Shown here in pieces: positions 20,662 through 30,057 of a stretch of 58,578 nt of DNA. A program made the position numbers and the translations under genes. Within the stretch, counting starts at the first letter, position 1; each line of letters opens with the position of its first letter. The stretch is from a virus (taxonomy: Duplodnaviria > Caudoviricetes): positions 1 to 58,578 of the IMG/VR virus record IMGVR_UViG_3300026521_000072; one strand, given 5' to 3'. The notes below the pieces were generated by a model. It was not told where the DNA came from, did no database searches, and saw only the letters and a list, made by a program, of their open reading frames with translations.

Positions 20662-21480
20662 ATGAATAAACAAAAAACTAAAGAATACTTAACATATTTC
20701 GACGGTAGACATGAATTACCGGATAATGCCTTCCGTATTAGTGCATCTAGTTTTAGTAGTTTTATTAGTACACCATGGAACTACTATAGACAACAAGTAT
20801 TAGGTTTTGACCAATTCTCTGGGAACACGGCAAGTACGATTGGGACTATTATTCACGCAGTAGCTGCTCTTAAAGCAGAAGGTTTAGAACCTGATTTAGA
20901 GGAAATAGAACAATATATTACCAACCAAAAAGACAACATAGATATAGATACATATATAGTTGAACAGTCTTGGAAATCTATGGCTATGAAGCTAGTAAAC
21001 GATTATGTACTGCCTAATCAGAAATCCTATACGTCAGTAGAAGAATTTGTTACCTACGATTTAGGTGACAATATTTATGTAGGTGGTTCTATCGATGCTA
21101 TCCAAACTAATTCTATGATTGTAGACTACAAAACATACAACTCATCTACCAAACCTAAAGCTATTCCATCATATTACAAACAACAACTATTAGTATATGC
21201 TTGGGTACTTAAACAGTTAGATAGACCTATGGAACGTATTAGGTTAGTATATATCTCTAGAGAGCAAGATACTCGTCGTATAAGCGAAAAAACTGGTAAA
21301 CCGATAGGTAAGCTTACATTACCTGAGTTAACTGTCCTAACAGAAGATATACAACAATCAGATTTAGATTTTATTGAATCACAAATTATGTTATGTAAAG
21401 AAACTTTATTAGCTACTGAACAATACCCACATTTACGACATATAATTTGGCACGATATGCGCATTAAAAACGAAACTTAG
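20662..21480 (+). CDS. PD-(D/E)XK (Cas4/RecB-like) exonuclease
   Basis: ISASSF, GTIIH, GSID...IVDYKT, QLLVY. Confidence 0.85.
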   Translation: MNKQKTKEYLTYFDGRHELPDNAFRISASSFSSFISTPWNYYRQQVLGFDQFSGNTASTIGTIIHAVAALKAEGLEPDLEEIEQYITNQKDNIDIDTYIVEQSWKSMAMKLVNDYVLPNQKSYTSVEEFVTYDLGDNIYVGGSIDAIQTNSMIVDYKTYNSSTKPKAIPSYYKQQLLVYAWVLKQLDRPMERIRLVYISREQDTRRISEKTGKPIGKLTLPELTVLTEDIQQSDLDFIESQIMLCKETLLATEQYPHLRHIIWHDMRIKNET

Positions 21481-21481
21481 C

Positions 21482-21841
21482 ATGATATACCCAGTAAATT
21501 CATTTGATTTAGAAGTACACTTTAAAGATGAACCTTCTAATACATTTAAATTTCCTTGTTTAGTAAGAGGTATGCGTAGTCGTATTAGTCGTAAAAGACC
21601 TATTAGCTACACTTTACATTTATCAACACCTACTAGATTAGATTTTGATAACTTAGCTAAGAATTTAGATACTATGCAATATTCTTTAGACATAACTAAT
21701 CGTAAACCTATAACTATAGAAATAAATGGAACTTATATTAATTGTATAGATACAGATAAGTGCTTCTTTGCCATCAAATTATCACCTTATTACTATAATG
21801 GTGTACTATATAAAAATTTAAAGGGTATAGATGAAAACTAA
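21482..21841 (+). CDS. hypothetical protein
   Basis: 119 aa ORF in operon. Confidence 0.55.
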   Translation: MIYPVNSFDLEVHFKDEPSNTFKFPCLVRGMRSRISRKRPISYTLHLSTPTRLDFDNLAKNLDTMQYSLDITNRKPITIEINGTYINCIDTDKCFFAIKLSPYYYNGVLYKNLKGIDEN

Positions 21842-22109
21842 CTTTACTGCATATCGTAAATACAAACTTACTGATGACTTATCTATTAGATATTTCTATC
21901 AATTTGAAACTAAACCTGAGTATACAGATAAGTGGGTAATTAAGAGCCATGAACGCAAAGAATACTCTATCATATCCCAATATACTGCTGAACTTATTTT
22001 AGAGTCTCATGGACTTAGTATGCACGATTATAAGCATATAGCAGGGTTAGTTGATAGTTGTGGTATATATTCTAAATATACATTAGCATCTATACCTATT
22101 GAGTTGTAA
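21831..22109 (+). CDS. hypothetical protein
   Basis: 92 aa ORF overlapping previous gene. Confidence 0.55.
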   Translation: MKTNFTAYRKYKLTDDLSIRYFYQFETKPEYTDKWVIKSHERKEYSIISQYTAELILESHGLSMHDYKHIAGLVDSCGIYSKYTLASIPIEL

Positions 22110-22322
22110 CGCTCACTCTGGTAAGCCATACACACAATACTATTCAGTATTCAAGAACCTGTCAACCTTCACTACATTCAGGTCAGACGTCGGTAACTCT
22201 TTTTACTTCACTGCGTTTCGTAAAAACAGCTTTGCCGGGTCTGCCTTTCAGGTGACAGAACCTTTCATACTTCATACGTGTATGTGATGGCTACCATCCT
22301 TTCGCAGACGAGTGAGCTTACG
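22088..22322 (-). other. structured non-coding element (ncRNA or ssDNA origin candidate)
   Basis: closing stem GCTCACTC/GAGTGAGC, nested TGGTA-GCCAT/ATGGCTACCA; GAAA and GNA loops on - strand; TATAAT on - strand at 22334-22339. Confidence 0.5.
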
Positions 22323-22405
22323 TACTTGTATTTATTATATTCTTATATAGATGATTTTTTAATTTTAGCCACAAACATCGATAATAAGGGGTTTAAGGTG
22401 AGTTT

Positions 22406-22454
22406 TATTACATTCGTGTTACAACACCTTTACATTCATGGGACGAATGTAATA
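22406..22454. repeat. 12-bp perfect inverted repeat plus internal TTACATTC copy
   Basis: TATTACATTCGT 22406-22417 / ACGAATGTAATA 22443-22454, upstream of wHTH gene. Confidence 0.7.
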
Positions 22455-22472
22455 ACTATAAAGGTATTGTAA

Positions 22473-22904
22473 ATGGAAATTGTTACTAAACAACGTATTA
22501 TATCAGAAAAAATCTTAAACAAAGATACAGGGCAGTTAGAAGATATAATATTTACTGAACAACATAAATCAAAGAAAATAAGAGGTGGGTTCAATCTTAT
22601 GTATCACAAATCCTATGAAGAAGTAACAGAACAAGTAATAAAATCTAATAAAGATGTGAGATTGTTTAATTGGATAACTAATCAATTTACCTATGCACGT
22701 ATAGAAGTACCCTTGGTATATTCACAATGTGATATAGAAGTATCACAGCCTCAATTTTCTAGGATGATTAAACAGCTATTAGAGTTAAACTATATTAAAC
22801 GAATATCACGTGGTATATATCGTCTCAATCCGTTTGTGTATGTACCATTTCGTGCCAATGCTGAGGAATTGCAACACGAATGGGACGAACTATCTAAACA
22901 ATAA
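22473..22904 (+). CDS. RepL-like winged helix-turn-helix protein
   Basis: VSQPQFSRMIKQLLELNYIKRISRGIYRLNP. Confidence 0.7.
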   Translation: MEIVTKQRIISEKILNKDTGQLEDIIFTEQHKSKKIRGGFNLMYHKSYEEVTEQVIKSNKDVRLFNWITNQFTYARIEVPLVYSQCDIEVSQPQFSRMIKQLLELNYIKRISRGIYRLNPFVYVPFRANAEELQHEWDELSKQ

Positions 22905-22925
22905 TCGCATCTACTACTTATGTAT

Positions 22926-23060
22926 AAGCACGTGCGGGTGACAAGCTACACAATCTGACGAGGTGCGACATAGGAGCACATGTCTGAGTCAGTTGTGTAG
23001 TGTAGGCACATAGCTACGTGCGTTTATCAGCATAGCTGTATTGTTAGCCTAGCGCAGCTT
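22926..23060. other. GC-richer multi-stem non-coding element
   Basis: GCACGT/ACGTGC enclosing CTACACAA-CTGAC/GTCAGTTGTGTAG and GACAT/ATGTC; AGC-GCA-GCT mini-hairpin. Confidence 0.5.
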
Positions 23061-23082
23061 TGAGAATCTACAAAGGATTATA

Positions 23083-23337
23083 ATGAAATACGATATAGAT
23101 ATAAAATATCAGAAAAACTAGGATATGCAGCGTGCAATACCAATATTACAAGTTATTATTATAAAAATAAATAATTTACATATACCTATAGATACTTCAA
23201 ATAAGTATATGTTAGAATTACCTAATTCTCTGTATGTCAGTAGAATAGATACTAAAGAGTATATAATACATACAATTAAAAATGAACATGCAACATTATT
23301 AGATAAACTAATTTTTATAGCTAAAGCAGCACAATAA
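23083..23337 (+). pseudogene. hypothetical protein with in-frame TAG near the N-terminus
   Basis: AAGGA RBS + ATG 23083, TAG at 23119-23121, same frame continues as ORF 23125..23337. Confidence 0.45.
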
Positions 23338-23344
23338 CAATAAA

Positions 23345-23467
23345 GCTATAAGTCATATGTAGCTGTATCAGAATAATTTTCACATATACTACCCCCTTCT
23401 AAAGACATATTTGAACTATTTATTCTACAAATTTCAATTTCTGATACAGCGACCTATGGCTTATAGT
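23345..23467 (+). ncRNA. long stem-loop, candidate small RNA or leader
   Basis: 29-nt imperfect arms GCTATAAGTCATATGTAGCTGTATCAGAA / TTCTGATACAGCGACCTATGGCTTATAGT. Confidence 0.45.
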
Positions 23468-23492
23468 CATATAAACAATACAAGGAGGCAAT

Positions 23493-23717
23493 ACGCCAAC
23501 ATGGAAAAATAGATATGTAAATATCGAGCAACAAGTAGGAGACGGTTATTGGGCTAAACGTAAAACAAAATACAGATGGAAACTTGTAAAAGCAGACAGA
23601 TGTCCAAATAGACCGTTAAAACACGATGTAGTTCAAGCAATCGGACCACAATCTGAAAAACGCAGAAAACTACTAGAAAAAAGGATGATCAATGCCCAAC
23701 AAAAAAGAAGCAGTTAA
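23493..23717 (+). CDS. basic 74 aa ORF with ACG start (non-canonical or mutated)
   Basis: AAGGAGG at 23482-23488 then ACG CCA ACA TGG...; open to TAA 23717. Confidence 0.45.
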   Translation, partial: TPTWKNRYVNIEQQVGDGYWAKRKTKYRWKLVKADRCPNRPLKHDVVQAIGPQSEKRRKLLEKRMINAQQKRSS

Positions 23718-24477
23718 ATTACTGATTAATGGGGAAAGCGGCGTAGGTAAAACTGAACTACTACGCTCTCTTGGTAAAGAAACATTTGTAATATCAAGAG
23801 ACTCAAAGAAATTTGCACTACCATTACCACACATGTTAGTAGATACGTATTATGATATGGATACTTTACTATATGGAGGAAAAATACAGACCGAAGAAGG
23901 TGAAGAGTACATAGAAGGAGTAGTAGATAAATTAGAAAAATACGTTGAACGCTTTGGAGAATACCCAGAAAACGTAGTAATCGATACAGTATCACAAATA
24001 ACTATGGACATTATTGAATCAGCATCAGACATTCCAACAGCATGGGGAGAACAAGGCGCATTCATTACTAAAGAGCTAGCTACATTTACTAAGTTTATTC
24101 ATGAGTATTTAGAGCTAAATAATGTAACAGTAATCTTGCTCAATCATGTAATTCCTGAAAAGGAAGATGGTAAACTGACAGGAGCATACACACAATTTGG
24201 ACAAGGAAAATTTCTTAGTAAAGGAGGATTCTACAGTACAACAAACGAAGCTATAACCTTAGTTGTTGAAAGTTCTAATCGTGTAATATATACGAGTAAT
24301 ATAAAAAAATTAGCTCGTACAATGCTAACAAATATGCCAGAAAAATGGTATGTAGAAAACATAAAGAATCCAGAAAAAAGCAAAAAGCTTAAAGATGGAG
24401 AGACATACTTTGTACTCAGCGAATACCTCGATCTTCTAAGAGACTTCCAAACAGTATCAGAAGAATGGTCAATCTAA
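23692..24477 (+). CDS. Sak4-like / AAA_24 ATPase
   Basis: GESGVGKT, VVIDTVS, VILLNH. Confidence 0.8.
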   Translation: MPNKKEAVKLLINGESGVGKTELLRSLGKETFVISRDSKKFALPLPHMLVDTYYDMDTLLYGGKIQTEEGEEYIEGVVDKLEKYVERFGEYPENVVIDTVSQITMDIIESASDIPTAWGEQGAFITKELATFTKFIHEYLELNNVTVILLNHVIPEKEDGKLTGAYTQFGQGKFLSKGGFYSTTNEAITLVVESSNRVIYTSNIKKLARTMLTNMPEKWYVENIKNPEKSKKLKDGETYFVLSEYLDLLRDFQTVSEEWSI

Positions 24478-24725
24478 CTGCTGAGATAGATAGTCACATA
24501 ATTAATTTTAGCTATGAGACATATTTTGTGGCAGATATTTTAGGTAGAAAAGTACATATATCAATACATTCTATAGATTATATAAATATAGATACGCTGC
24601 CACAAGCAAAAATTGATACTAATATGTTAATATCTTTAGACTGGGATCATAAAATAGTTGAAAAACTTATAGAAGAAAACTCTAACTTAGATAAACTTCT
24701 ATTTTTAGCTAAAGCACAAGCATAG
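24465..24725 (+). CDS. hypothetical protein (paralog of 23083..23337)
   Basis: shared C-terminus LDKL(L/I)F(L/I)AKA. Confidence 0.55.
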   Translation: MVNLTAEIDSHIINFSYETYFVADILGRKVHISIHSIDYINIDTLPQAKIDTNMLISLDWDHKIVEKLIEENSNLDKLLFLAKAQA

Positions 24726-24813
24726 TTTAAGTATACTCCGTGTATACTTTTAACCCTAAAACAGGATGTCCACCTAACCAGAATTTATAAATCAACCATA
24801 AAGGAATTTAAAC

Positions 24814-25503
24814 ATGGCATTATTTTCAACAAAAAGAGACGCTGCAGCAGTAGCAGAAACAAGCGGAGGAAACTCTAAGTATATTAACAAACCTGGTATT
24901 TACGACGTAGAAGTATTAGCAGCATTCGTATCACAGAAAGCTGGTAGTGAATCTCTAGTAGTTGACTTCTTTATCGAGAAAGACGAACAACAACAACCAC
25001 TATATGGTAATTTACGTATTACTAATAACGATGGTAAAGAAAACAAAATTGGAGCAGCTACTTTCAACAAACTATTAGTTATTCTTGATGAAGATGAAGC
25101 AGCTGATCCAGAAGAAGCAACACTGCCAATTGGTAAAGACGGTGCGGATAAAGACGTAGCTGTCATCACTAATCTAACTGACTTTTCTATTAAAGTATGG
25201 GTAGCTATTGAGTATGGTAAGTACAACGGTAATATTACCGAAAAGAAAATTATTCGTAATTTTTATCGTGCAGCAGATGGTGCTTCAGCAGAAGAAATTG
25301 TAAATGAAGCAGAACCAGGTAAACAATACACTAAAGACCTTGAATACCTAGAAAATTCTGATAGTAAAGGTTACGTATACAAAGATGGTGTAACAGCTGA
25401 AGAAGTACAGCAATGGATTGCAGATGGTCGTCCTAAAGGAAGTGCAGGTTCTACAGCTACAGCGTCAAAACCAAATTTTACAAAACGTAGATTCGGTAAA
25501 TAG
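24814..25503 (+). CDS. putative single-stranded DNA-binding protein
   Basis: KPGIYDVEV OB-like start, follows Sak4-like gene, strong RBS. Confidence 0.6.
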   Translation: MALFSTKRDAAAVAETSGGNSKYINKPGIYDVEVLAAFVSQKAGSESLVVDFFIEKDEQQQPLYGNLRITNNDGKENKIGAATFNKLLVILDEDEAADPEEATLPIGKDGADKDVAVITNLTDFSIKVWVAIEYGKYNGNITEKKIIRNFYRAADGASAEEIVNEAEPGKQYTKDLEYLENSDSKGYVYKDGVTAEEVQQWIADGRPKGSAGSTATASKPNFTKRRFGK

Positions 25504-25519
25504 TTTTTATTTATACTTA

Positions 25520-25672
25520 AGTGCTCTATTCATCTTCATCAGAGCACTATAATCAAACTGTTAAGATGCGATAGTTTAGCCTCACTAGCGTTAATACAAA
25601 CGAGGTTTTTACAAACGACGTACCTATCTGTATAAAGACAGCTAAAGCAGCAATACATGACGTACGTCTTTT
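25520..25672 (+). other. intergenic cluster of four hairpins
   Basis: AGTGCTCT/AGAGCACT, AAACTGTT/GATAGTTT, CCTC/GAGG+T5, GACGTAC/GTACGTC+T4. Confidence 0.45.
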
Positions 25673-25694
25673 AATAAACATAAAAGGAAATTAA

Positions 25695-25871
25695 ATGGAA
25701 ACATTAAAAGAATATAAACAACTAATTGAAAAAGTACTAGAGGAGATTGAAGCATACGAGAATAAGCCTACAAAAGCATGTTCACTTCGTATTCGTAAAT
25801 TATCTAATCAAATCGGTAAAGATGGTGTACAATTACGTGCAACATTAGTTCAAGCTGATAAGGCTTCTTAA
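25695..25871 (+). CDS. Hc1-like (histone H1-like) small protein, 58 aa
   Basis: read from sequence: ...YENKPTKACSLRIRKLSNQIGKDGVQLRATL; AAGGA RBS, TAATG coupled to nrdA. Confidence 0.6.
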   Translation: METLKEYKQLIEKVLEEIEAYENKPTKACSLRIRKLSNQIGKDGVQLRATLVQADKAS

Positions 25872-28111
25872 TGCAAAACATAACGGTTACAAAGGCTAAC
25901 GGCTCTACGGAACCGTTAGATATATCGAAAATCCATGCACATCTAACATCAGCTGCAGAAGGTAAGTATGACCATCTAATTAGTTCAATCGAACTAGCAG
26001 CTAAGTTACATTTTTATGATAAAATCCCTACTTCATACATTAATGATGTGATTATTAAAACAGCTAAAGATATGGCAACTATAAGAGATATAGGGTATGA
26101 TGTTATTGCTAAAAACCTTATGATATATAAAATCTACAAACAAGTAGGTAACTCTTCTACTCCTAGCAGTTTACTAGAAATCTTAACAGAAGGCTGTAAT
26201 AAAGGAGTTTATTCACCGGCATTACTTAATTCTTTCACTTTAGATGAACTTAATAAACTTGATAATGAGATAGACTATACTCGTGATTTTAATTTCACTT
26301 CTGCTGGTATTGAGTTCTTACAGTTACGCTATATGAAACAATTTAATAGTAAACTAATCGAACTACCACAACATATGTTTATGCTTATAGCTATGGATAT
26401 ATTTCGTGATTATCATAAAAATCGTATACATTATATCAAATTAATGTATCACAAATTATCAACTTTTGAAATTACACTACCTTCACCAGAAATGGACGCA
26501 CTACGTACAGTATCAACTGACTATGCATCATGTGTATTGATAAAGACAGGAGATTCACTTGATTCATGGGTAGAAGCTTCTAAATCATTAGTTTTACATA
26601 CAGCAGCATCTGCAGGTATAGGTAACGACATATCAGCTATAGCATCTATTGGTGACTTAGTTAAGAAGGGTTCTATTACACATGGAGGTAAAATACCTGT
26701 GTTAAAGTCTATTGATGCAGATATTCAAAAAGCAGTACAAAACGGTAGACGTGGTTCTGCAACACCTTTCATCAATTTCTTTGACCCAGAAATAATAACT
26801 ATATTAGCTATTAAATCACCCCGTACATCTATAGAAAAACGTATTAATGACCTTTCTTATGGTATAAAATTACGTGAATTAGTATATGAACGTGCAGCAA
26901 ATGATGATGTGATTACATTATTTTCTACTCGTGATTCTTTAGAACTTTATGAAATATTTCATTCAGGTACGGCAGAAGAATTTAGCACATTATATAAACA
27001 ATGTGAAGAACAATTTCCATCAAATCAACGTATTTCAGCAAAGAAACTTATAGAATTACTGAATACAGAAATGTTTGAAAATAGTGCTTATTATGTACTA
27101 AATATAGATGAAGTAAATGCTAACTCACCTTATACAGAAACAATATATCAATCAAATATCTGTATGGAGGAAGTATCACCTACTAAAGATCTATCTTGTA
27201 AACGTACACATGAACCTGATATAGCTATTTGTGTACTAGGTAACGTAAATCAAGGTAAAGTATCGATAGATAAGTTACCTGAAACTGTAGATATATTACT
27301 GCGTGCACAAACACATATTATGACACGACAAAAACACCCTACTACTCAAGCACAAGCTTATGTAGAACAGTATAGAAGTGTAGGTTTAGGTTTTTCTAAC
27401 CATGCTTATTGGTTAGCTAAACAAAATCTTAAATACGGTGCTAAAGAAGCTCTTGAACTACATGATGAGTGGATGGAGTATTTTCAGTACTACTTAATAA
27501 AGTCATCTACTGACATTGCTGAAGAAACATCACCAGCACCTAGATTTTTCACACATTCAACATACGCTAAGGGTGTTATGCCTATAAACCGTTATAATAA
27601 ACATGTAGACGAATTAGTTCCATTTAAAATTAGACTAGATTGGGAAAGTTTAAAACATCGTGTACAAACAGTAGGTATGGCTAACGTAGCTTTATCAATG
27701 GTACCTCCAGCTGAATCTTCAGCAGGACCTTCTAACCAAACTAACGGATTAGAACCTGTTAAAGATTTCATTACATTTAAAGAAAATAAAACATCTGTAA
27801 TGAAACAGTTTGCTCCAGAAGTGAATAAGCTAGCTCATAGATATGAATTAGCTTACGAAACTAAAGATATGACTAAACGTTATTTAATGCATGTAGCAGT
27901 AACACAAAAATGGATTGATAAATCAATTAGTACAAATAGATTTTACAATCCTGAGCTGTTTAAAAACTCTAAGGTACCTCTTAAATTATTAATTGAAGAT
28001 ATGTATTTTGCTAAATATTATGGAGTAAAGTCTTTATACTACACTAATACTAGAGTACCAGATGTAGAAGATCAAAAACAACAATGTGAAGGAGGCGGCT
28101 GTGAAGTATAG
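25871..28111 (+). CDS. nrdA: ribonucleotide reductase class Ia alpha subunit
   Basis: ATP cone, ASCV, SNICME, ICVLG, PPAESS, SLYY, C-terminal CEGGGC. Confidence 0.95.
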   Translation: MQNITVTKANGSTEPLDISKIHAHLTSAAEGKYDHLISSIELAAKLHFYDKIPTSYINDVIIKTAKDMATIRDIGYDVIAKNLMIYKIYKQVGNSSTPSSLLEILTEGCNKGVYSPALLNSFTLDELNKLDNEIDYTRDFNFTSAGIEFLQLRYMKQFNSKLIELPQHMFMLIAMDIFRDYHKNRIHYIKLMYHKLSTFEITLPSPEMDALRTVSTDYASCVLIKTGDSLDSWVEASKSLVLHTAASAGIGNDISAIASIGDLVKKGSITHGGKIPVLKSIDADIQKAVQNGRRGSATPFINFFDPEIITILAIKSPRTSIEKRINDLSYGIKLRELVYERAANDDVITLFSTRDSLELYEIFHSGTAEEFSTLYKQCEEQFPSNQRISAKKLIELLNTEMFENSAYYVLNIDEVNANSPYTETIYQSNICMEEVSPTKDLSCKRTHEPDIAICVLGNVNQGKVSIDKLPETVDILLRAQTHIMTRQKHPTTQAQAYVEQYRSVGLGFSNHAYWLAKQNLKYGAKEALELHDEWMEYFQYYLIKSSTDIAEETSPAPRFFTHSTYAKGVMPINRYNKHVDELVPFKIRLDWESLKHRVQTVGMANVALSMVPPAESSAGPSNQTNGLEPVKDFITFKENKTSVMKQFAPEVNKLAHRYELAYETKDMTKRYLMHVAVTQKWIDKSISTNRFYNPELFKNSKVPLKLLIEDMYFAKYYGVKSLYYTNTRVPDVEDQKQQCEGGGCEV

Positions 28112-29204
28112 TACATTTTCAACCGAAAATATTGAGTTTACAAATGAGCCATTATTCTTAGGTAAAGGGAGAAATGTAGCTAGATTGGATTTACCTATTG
28201 AGCAAGAAATACAAAAGCGTACAGATAAGGCGTTAGGACTTATGTGGTTTAAAACTGACTTCTCTTACAAAAAAGATGGTGAAGATTACGCAGTAATGGC
28301 ACAACCACTTAAAACACTATTTGATAAAAACCTTAAATTTCAAACAGTAGGAGATAGCGTAGCAGCTAGGTCTGTAAGTGAAGTATTTGGCCCTATAACT
28401 ACCAACCCTCAATTAGAGGAATGGTGGTTTCAGCATGCTTTTTATGAAGGAGTTATTCATTCACCTACATATGCAGAAATCCTTAAAAGTTTACCAGTAG
28501 ATGCTAAAGAAGTATTCGATGATATTATTATAAATGACCATATTATTGAACGTGGATTAGCAATAGCTAACGTATTTGATGATACTATAGCATGGAATAG
28601 TAAAATGGTGCTACAAACTTCAGATTATGATGAGTACAGTCATATGAAATCAATCGCACTTTCACTGTATGCTTTAAACATTCTTGAAGCTGTGTTCTTT
28701 AAATCTTCATTTGTAACTACTTTTGCATTCGCTGAAAACCATATAATGGAAAGCTCAGCTAAAGCTATTACTAAAATTTCTATGGATGAAATTATGCATT
28801 ATCAGATGACAGTGTATGTAATTAAACGTCTTAAAACTGATACTGAGTGGGCAGCAGCATTTGCAGAAGTAGAAGACCAAGCAGTAGCTATGTATCAACA
28901 AGCATATAACACAGATTTAGAGTGGATTGATTATTGTTATTCTGAGAATGAACATGTACCGTTATTAGGTGTAAGTAATTCTATTCTTAAACAGTATGTA
29001 CAATATAATATGTATAATGTAATGACAAATGTTAAATTACCTCATATAGTAAAACGTACTAAAAATCCTTGTATTTGGGTTGATAAGTACTCTAATTTAT
29101 CTAATGTACAAGTAGCTATGAAAGAGACAGATAGTGCTAACTACTTATTAGGTAAATTAGATACAGAAGCTTCTAATGAAGACTATAGAAAGTTTTTATT
29201 ATGA
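28101..29204 (+). CDS. nrdB: ribonucleotide reductase class Ia beta subunit
   Basis: FQTVGDS, EGVIHSPTY, LEAVFFKSSF, DEIMH; GTG start after GGAGG. Confidence 0.93.
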   Translation: MKYSTFSTENIEFTNEPLFLGKGRNVARLDLPIEQEIQKRTDKALGLMWFKTDFSYKKDGEDYAVMAQPLKTLFDKNLKFQTVGDSVAARSVSEVFGPITTNPQLEEWWFQHAFYEGVIHSPTYAEILKSLPVDAKEVFDDIIINDHIIERGLAIANVFDDTIAWNSKMVLQTSDYDEYSHMKSIALSLYALNILEAVFFKSSFVTTFAFAENHIMESSAKAITKISMDEIMHYQMTVYVIKRLKTDTEWAAAFAEVEDQAVAMYQQAYNTDLEWIDYCYSENEHVPLLGVSNSILKQYVQYNMYNVMTNVKLPHIVKRTKNPCIWVDKYSNLSNVQVAMKETDSANYLLGKLDTEASNEDYRKFLL

Positions 29205-29413
29205 CGCTTAAACAAACATTACAAACATTACAAACATTAACATTATTAAATGAATGTAAAATACACCCTAAGTACTATAAACAAGTTGAACGTATTATGC
29301 TGCAAGAAGCTACTACGCACAATATAAAAGAAGCATCTGAGCTTCTCAGCACTATTGAATCAAATTTAAATAACTATGAGACTAAGTGTATGTATCATAC
29401 AAAGGACAGTTAA
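29201..29413 (+). CDS. hypothetical protein
   Basis: 70 aa, overlaps nrdB stop; contains CAAACATTA x3. Confidence 0.5.
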   Translation: MTLKQTLQTLQTLTLLNECKIHPKYYKQVERIMLQEATTHNIKEASELLSTIESNLNNYETKCMYHTKDS

Positions 29414-29589
29414 TGACTGAATATGAAATCAGACAGAAGATTGAACAATATCGAGTATCAGATGCTCCAGTACACATTAAAGAGGCTGCTATCCGAGAAC
29501 TAGAGAAGAAATTATCTTCTAGTGTAGAAATAGCTTATAACATGTATTTGGAAGCTCTTCCAGATACATCAGACATAGGAGAAAATTAA
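29413..29589 (+). CDS. hypothetical protein
   Basis: AAGGA RBS, TAATG coupling. Confidence 0.55.
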   Translation: MTEYEIRQKIEQYRVSDAPVHIKEAAIRELEKKLSSSVEIAYNMYLEALPDTSDIGEN

Positions 29590-29591
29590 TA

Positions 29592-30056
29592 ATGAAATTT
29601 AAAAAATTTAAACAAAAAGTAAGAGAGTTAGAGAAGTCTTTACCAGAAAACATAACAAACAAATTATCTACTGAAACTCTTAAAGAAGTACCAAAAGATT
29701 ATAGAGTACTCTATATTGTTTCGCTTAAAAAAGTAATAAGTGAACTATCTTTAGAACATAGTGTAACAGAAGATAAATCAGAAACAGATAGAATTTTAGC
29801 TGAACGTGGTGCTAACTACGGTAAGTTTACTAACCATGCTAAGTTATCGCAAACGTTAAAAACAGCATTTGATAATCATGTACGTGAGTACGGACAACCA
29901 GAACTATTTACAAACACGATGAATGAAGCCATTGAGATGGTATTTCATAAATTAGCTCGTATCGCAAATGGAAATCCTACATATAAAGATAACTATGTTG
30001 ACATTATTGGTTATACACAACTAGTTTTAGATGAACTTAACGGTATAGAACGTTAG
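29592..30056 (+). CDS. DUF6378-like phage protein
   Basis: ILAERGANYGKF...HKLARIANGNP...DNYVDIIGY. Confidence 0.75.
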   Translation: MKFKKFKQKVRELEKSLPENITNKLSTETLKEVPKDYRVLYIVSLKKVISELSLEHSVTEDKSETDRILAERGANYGKFTNHAKLSQTLKTAFDNHVREYGQPELFTNTMNEAIEMVFHKLARIANGNPTYKDNYVDIIGYTQLVLDELNGIER

Positions 30057-30057
30057 T

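Noticed and set aside
22099-22472. ORF-track entries 22099..22287 and 22278..22472
   Set aside because: No RBS, atypical composition, overlap structured and repeat elements; probably non-coding.
28440-28475. NrdB ExxxH instead of ExxH iron-ligand spacing
   Set aside because: All ligands and the radical Tyr are present, and I recall similar one-residue insertions in other phage NrdB proteins; not evidence of a new class.
29212-29240. CAAACATTA x3 tandem repeat
   Set aside because: Short in-frame coding repeat (QTL); no spacers, not CRISPR.
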